Positions 60,346-64,000 of a stretch of DNA of 64,000 bases are shown here, one piece after another. Source of the DNA: Candidatus Bathyarchaeota archaeon (GTDB taxonomy: Archaea > Thermoproteota > Bathyarchaeia > 40CM-2-53-6); contig CAVPLU010000004.1 of the NCBI GenBank assembly GCA_963706285.1, positions 32,001 to 96,000 on the forward strand, in the 5' to 3' direction. Every line of letters begins with the position of its first letter. The stretch's first letter is position 1. The notes under the pieces are model-generated. The model saw only the letters and a list, made by a program, of their open reading frames with translations, did not search any database and had not been told where the DNA came from. The translations under genes were made by a program, and so were the position numbers.

Positions 60346-61587
60346 ATGGGTTTGGATGCTGACATCATTGTAGTCGGCTGTGGAGTAGCCGGTGCCACAG
60401 CTGCGGAAACTGCCGCCTCCTTGGGATCGAAGGTTCTCCTCCTAGAAGAGCACGATCGAATCGGTGTCCCGTCACACTGCTCAGGCCACGTTGGAATCAA
60501 CAGCATGAAACGCCTAGGTGTTTCACTGCCAAAGCAAGTCATCAAGAATCAGATCCGTGGCGCGATCTTCCATTCGCCATTAGACCAAGTTCTCCAACTC
60601 GAGCGTCAGAGCCCAATCACGTGGGTGCTTGATCGCGGAGCATTCGACGAATATATGACAAACAGAGCACAAGAAGCAGGAGCACAAATCCAGCTCAATA
60701 CACGCGCGATCTCGATCCAAACCCCTACTGACAATCAGGTCCAACTACGAGTTACAACTGATTCCAAATCACACACACTCAATTCCCAACTCGTTGTAGA
60801 CTGTGAAGGTGCGTCGCCTGCACTTGCTCCTCCTCGGGCCATGAGCGAACGCCGCAGATCGATGTGGGTGAACTCTGCTCAAGTCCACGTAGATCATGTG
60901 GAGAATTTGAGCCAGGATATGGTGGAAGTGTTCCTTGGATCTGCTTATGCGCCGGGATTCTTTGCGTGGATAATCCCTTGGCAAGATGGATCGGCAAAGA
61001 TCGGGCTCGCAGCTCGGGAGGGCAATCCGCGGCTCTTTCTCGAGAGATTCATGACGAAACACCCTGTTGTTTCTCAGAGACTAAAAGGCGCCAAGCGGCG
61101 TGATGTCTCTTTTCATCCCATACCATTGGGTGGACCAATTCGGAAGACGTACTATCCGAACATGTTGATCGCGGGAGATTCAGCGCAACAGGTGAAGCCG
61201 ACAACCGGTGGAGGAGTCGTGTTTAGCCTCATCTGCGGAAAAATCGCTGGAGAAATCGCACACGACGCGTGCACATCCAAGCACCTCTCAGAAGCCTTCC
61301 TCTCCGGGTATGAGAAGCGATGGAAGAGCGAGATAGGTCGTGATCTCGACGCAATGCGGCACATCCGGAGGATGCTATTCAAGCTACCAGACCGTCGAGT
61401 TGAGAAAATATTCTCGATCGCCCGAAGATTTGACGTTGAGACTGTCCTGAACAGAGCAGACGACATTGACATGCAAGGCAGAACTTTGGCTAAGCTGGGA
61501 CTTGATCCGCGTTTGACGATAAGCTTGCTCTGTTCCTCAATCCTCTCGCTGCCATTCATCGTCGACTCCAATAAGACCGAGGCTTGA
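60346..61587 (+). CDS. Geranylgeranyl reductase family flavoprotein
   Basis: VVGCGVAG, LDRGAFD, APGFFAWIIP and GDSA..PTTGGG motifs. Confidence 0.9.
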   Translation: MGLDADIIVVGCGVAGATAAETAASLGSKVLLLEEHDRIGVPSHCSGHVGINSMKRLGVSLPKQVIKNQIRGAIFHSPLDQVLQLERQSPITWVLDRGAFDEYMTNRAQEAGAQIQLNTRAISIQTPTDNQVQLRVTTDSKSHTLNSQLVVDCEGASPALAPPRAMSERRRSMWVNSAQVHVDHVENLSQDMVEVFLGSAYAPGFFAWIIPWQDGSAKIGLAAREGNPRLFLERFMTKHPVVSQRLKGAKRRDVSFHPIPLGGPIRKTYYPNMLIAGDSAQQVKPTTGGGVVFSLICGKIAGEIAHDACTSKHLSEAFLSGYEKRWKSEIGRDLDAMRHIRRMLFKLPDRRVEKIFSIARRFDVETVLNRADDIDMQGRTLAKLGLDPRLTISLLCSSILSLPFIVDSNKTEA

Positions 61588-61609
61588 CTCAGCGTGTTCG
61601 GTCTGCGGG

Positions 61610-62575
61610 TCAGATTTCTATCGGTCTTCCTGCATCCGTCCACTCGATCAAGTCGTCCGGAAAGGGGCTGAAGAGTGTTTGGTTCAGCAAGTACTGGTTC
61701 TGAAACCTAACCGCCCACGCCTTAAGCAATCTCACGGCTGACGTGAATGGTACTCTTTCGTCCCTGTAGAGTTCCAGCGTTTCTAGGAAGAATTGTCGTT
61801 CGTTCTTTGAGAGTTCTTTGGAGAAGTAGCCTAGGATGTGCATGAGAACGTTAATGTTAGATGAGCGCTTAGGCGGATTCTCGAGACTCTTCTGGAGGTG
61901 AATCTCATATTCTTGGATGATTTCTCCCAAGGGCCTTTTCTTGGGGTTCGCAACCACGTTTCCAAGCAGCCGCATCTCTCTCTGGTTGTATGCCATCAGC
62001 ATGAATTTGTTCTCTGTATGGAAGCGGACTAGGTCACGCATCGCACTAGATTCCTTCACTGTCCGGAATCGCGCGAGAGTGAAGAGCTTCGTAAGATAGT
62101 GTTCGCGTATCTTCAGACTTCTTAGCCTGCCCTCATCTTCGATGGCGAGGCCTGGGAAGTGTTTGAGTATCTTAGCTCCGAAGAATCCGGGGCCTTTTCC
62201 GGTTGCGGGGGATTTCTCGCTTTTTGCATATATCCGTACGTCTTTGAATCCACATGACGGTGATCGGAATTTCAGAATGAAACCGTCCACCTTTTTCAGA
62301 GACATGAGAAACTTGTCTGAGAATTCGTTCATATCATCTGTCACGTCTTTGCTGGTTGCAGGCTGGATGAGTCTCAGCTTGTTCGTGGAAACGATTCTTA
62401 TGGGAAAACGGGGAGTTCCGAGACCTATCGCGACTTCCGGACAGACTGGGACATAATCGACGTGCTTCTCTAGTCTCCTGACGAAGGCATCTCGTATCAT
62501 TTGACCATTGTATCTGCATGCCTCAAATTCCAAGCATTTGCTCACGACGACGGTCGGTTTCGAGTGCGAGTCCAT
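61610..62575 (-). CDS. YbgA family DUF523+DUF1722 protein (RudS-type TudS fusion)
   Basis: SKCL..CRYNG, CPEVAIGLGTPR, SPSCG and EDEGRL (DUF523); FHTENKFMLMAY, NVLMHILGYF and YLLNQT (DUF1722). Confidence 0.92.
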   Translation of the reverse strand: MDSHSKPTVVVSKCLEFEACRYNGQMIRDAFVRRLEKHVDYVPVCPEVAIGLGTPRFPIRIVSTNKLRLIQPATSKDVTDDMNEFSDKFLMSLKKVDGFILKFRSPSCGFKDVRIYAKSEKSPATGKGPGFFGAKILKHFPGLAIEDEGRLRSLKIREHYLTKLFTLARFRTVKESSAMRDLVRFHTENKFMLMAYNQREMRLLGNVVANPKKRPLGEIIQEYEIHLQKSLENPPKRSSNINVLMHILGYFSKELSKNERQFFLETLELYRDERVPFTSAVRLLKAWAVRFQNQYLLNQTLFSPFPDDLIEWTDAGRPIEI

Positions 62576-62594
62576 CCTTCCACCTAGCTTGTGT

Positions 62595-63563
62595 CTATTC
62601 GCGTAGGATTTGAGCGAGCTGTTCGGGTTCTATGTTACCGCCAGTGAGGACGAGCACGACCTTGCTTCCGGATAGCTTGTCTTTGATCTTGTAGGCTGCT
62701 GCGGTCGATGCGGCACCCGATAGTTCAGCGACCTGTCCTGTTGATCGGAATATCGTCTTGACCGCCTGTTTCATCTCCTGATCGCTAACCAGAATGATGT
62801 CATCCAGCTTCTCTCTGAGAATCCTCAAGGGTAACTCGTACGCTCGACTCGTCGCAAGACCTTCTGCAATTGTCTGCACACCGTCTGTGGATGATATGGC
62901 GCCTTCCTTCCAGGAACGGTAGAAAGCAGGGGCGCCTTCAGCTTGCACGCCTATCACTCTGATGCTGGGATTCAAGCTCTTGTGGACGATGCATGCGGCA
63001 GAAGCCCCCGACCCACCACCAATAGGAACGATGACTACGTTCACGTCTCGAAGCTCATCAGATACCTCGAGATGCATGGTTCCGACACCTTCGAACAGCA
63101 GCGGTTCGTTGATGCCGTGCACGTATAGGAATCCTCTCTCGTGGGACAGTTTCTCTGCATACTCGCGAGCCTCTTCATAATAGCTGCCGTGGAAGATCAC
63201 TTCGGCGCCGAGATCTCTAATCGCCTCGGTCTTGATCTCTGGAACACCATGAGGCATAACAATGCGAACATTCACTCCGAACAGGGAACCCGCGTAGGCG
63301 ATTGACTGAGCGTGATTTCCGGTGGAGGCTGTGACGACGCCGCGGTTGAGCGCTTCTTCTTTCTTTCTCTCCATATAGTTGACGCCTCCGCGGACTTTGA
63401 ACGCTCTTGTCGGCTGGAGATTCTCCAGTTTCAAGTAGATTTGGCATCCGAGAAGTCTGGAGAGTTGTCGTGAGTAGAGAAGCGGAGTGGGCTTCAGGTA
63501 ACGGTTGACTACGTCTCTGGCGGCATAGACGTCTTTCAGCTGTGGAATTCTTAGCTGCTCCAC
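62595..63563 (-). CDS. Threonine/serine dehydratase (PLP, no ACT domain)
   Basis: KLENLQPTRAFKVRGG, STGNHAQS, PIGGGSG and TGGN motifs. Confidence 0.92.
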   Translation of the reverse strand: MEQLRIPQLKDVYAARDVVNRYLKPTPLLYSRQLSRLLGCQIYLKLENLQPTRAFKVRGGVNYMERKKEEALNRGVVTASTGNHAQSIAYAGSLFGVNVRIVMPHGVPEIKTEAIRDLGAEVIFHGSYYEEAREYAEKLSHERGFLYVHGINEPLLFEGVGTMHLEVSDELRDVNVVIVPIGGGSGASAACIVHKSLNPSIRVIGVQAEGAPAFYRSWKEGAISSTDGVQTIAEGLATSRAYELPLRILREKLDDIILVSDQEMKQAVKTIFRSTGQVAELSGAASTAAAYKIKDKLSGSKVVLVLTGGNIEPEQLAQILRE

Positions 63564-63652
63564 TTTTGGAACCAGCTGTACCTTTTCGGGTAGGCTCGCG
63601 TATCATAATCGTTGGATACATTATCTCTTTTGCGTGGCTTGTTCGCACGCGA

Positions 63653-63691
63653 GGTGGGAGTCACCCTTGAAGGGGTGGGAGTCACCCTTGA
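63653..63691. repeat. Tandem direct repeat, 2 x 18 nt (period 21)
   Basis: GGTGGGAGTCACCCTTGA at 63653-63670 and 63674-63691. Confidence 0.85.
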
Positions 63692-64000
63692 TCGCATTAG
63701 CGCCCTCATCAAGTCGAAACGCGAGCAGGCCCCTGTTTGGGCAGGTGGCAGAGGTCATCATTGAGTTCTCAGGTCTGCGAGATCTACGATCTCTTCATCA
63801 CTCCGCTGCGACTGGTATCCCTTTTGGGTGGCCTATTTTTGTGCACCCTAGAGAGATCTGGGAGCTGCGTGAGAGCACGCATTTCAGGTGCTGCCTGTGA
63901 GCCTGTTGATCGATGCTCTGCAAAGCGTTAAATGTGGTCTTGTCTTCAACCAGAAACGTGGAATCAGTTATGCCACTTTTCAAGAAACGTCATACAGGCC

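Noticed and set aside
63653-63691. CRISPR array
   Set aside because: Only two 18-nt units separated by 3 nt, no spacers, and no cas genes in the window.
63700-64000. Short ORFs at the window end (e.g. 63798..63983)
   Set aside because: The three minus-strand frames hit stop codons near the edge, and the short plus-strand ORFs show no family motif.

Overview
Archaeal genomic window, most consistent with a TACK/Thermoproteota archaeon such as Bathyarchaeia (inference from gene content, intron-rich tRNAs and frequent TTG/GTG starts). Most of it is housekeeping: L37e, Sm, aCPSF1, two proteasome beta subunits, RtcA, translin, EndoV, RibK/RibL, Dph5, CysRS, Trm5, FEN1, Nre, EF-1beta, Cdc48 and GGR, plus several transporters. 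At least eight ordinary genes carry a single frameshift, which points to long-read indel errors. Most notable: (1) a circularly permuted, doubly membrane-anchored family-5 (OppA/DppA) binding protein heading an intact opp operon; (2) a tRNA-Lys(CTT) with three introns; (3) an orphan, intron-containing 3' half of tRNA-Leu(CAG) bordering a ~5 kb island with a GIY-YIG nuclease and a fragmented restriction-endonuclease/STAND-like NTPase gene; (4) a TudS-related desulfidase next to a BMP nucleoside ABC importer, plus a separate RudS/YbgA-type gene and a divergent UPRTase-like gene; (5) an M29 aminopeptidase homolog that has lost all its metal ligands, and an atypical ureohydrolase. All family calls come from motif recognition by eye; no database searches were run.
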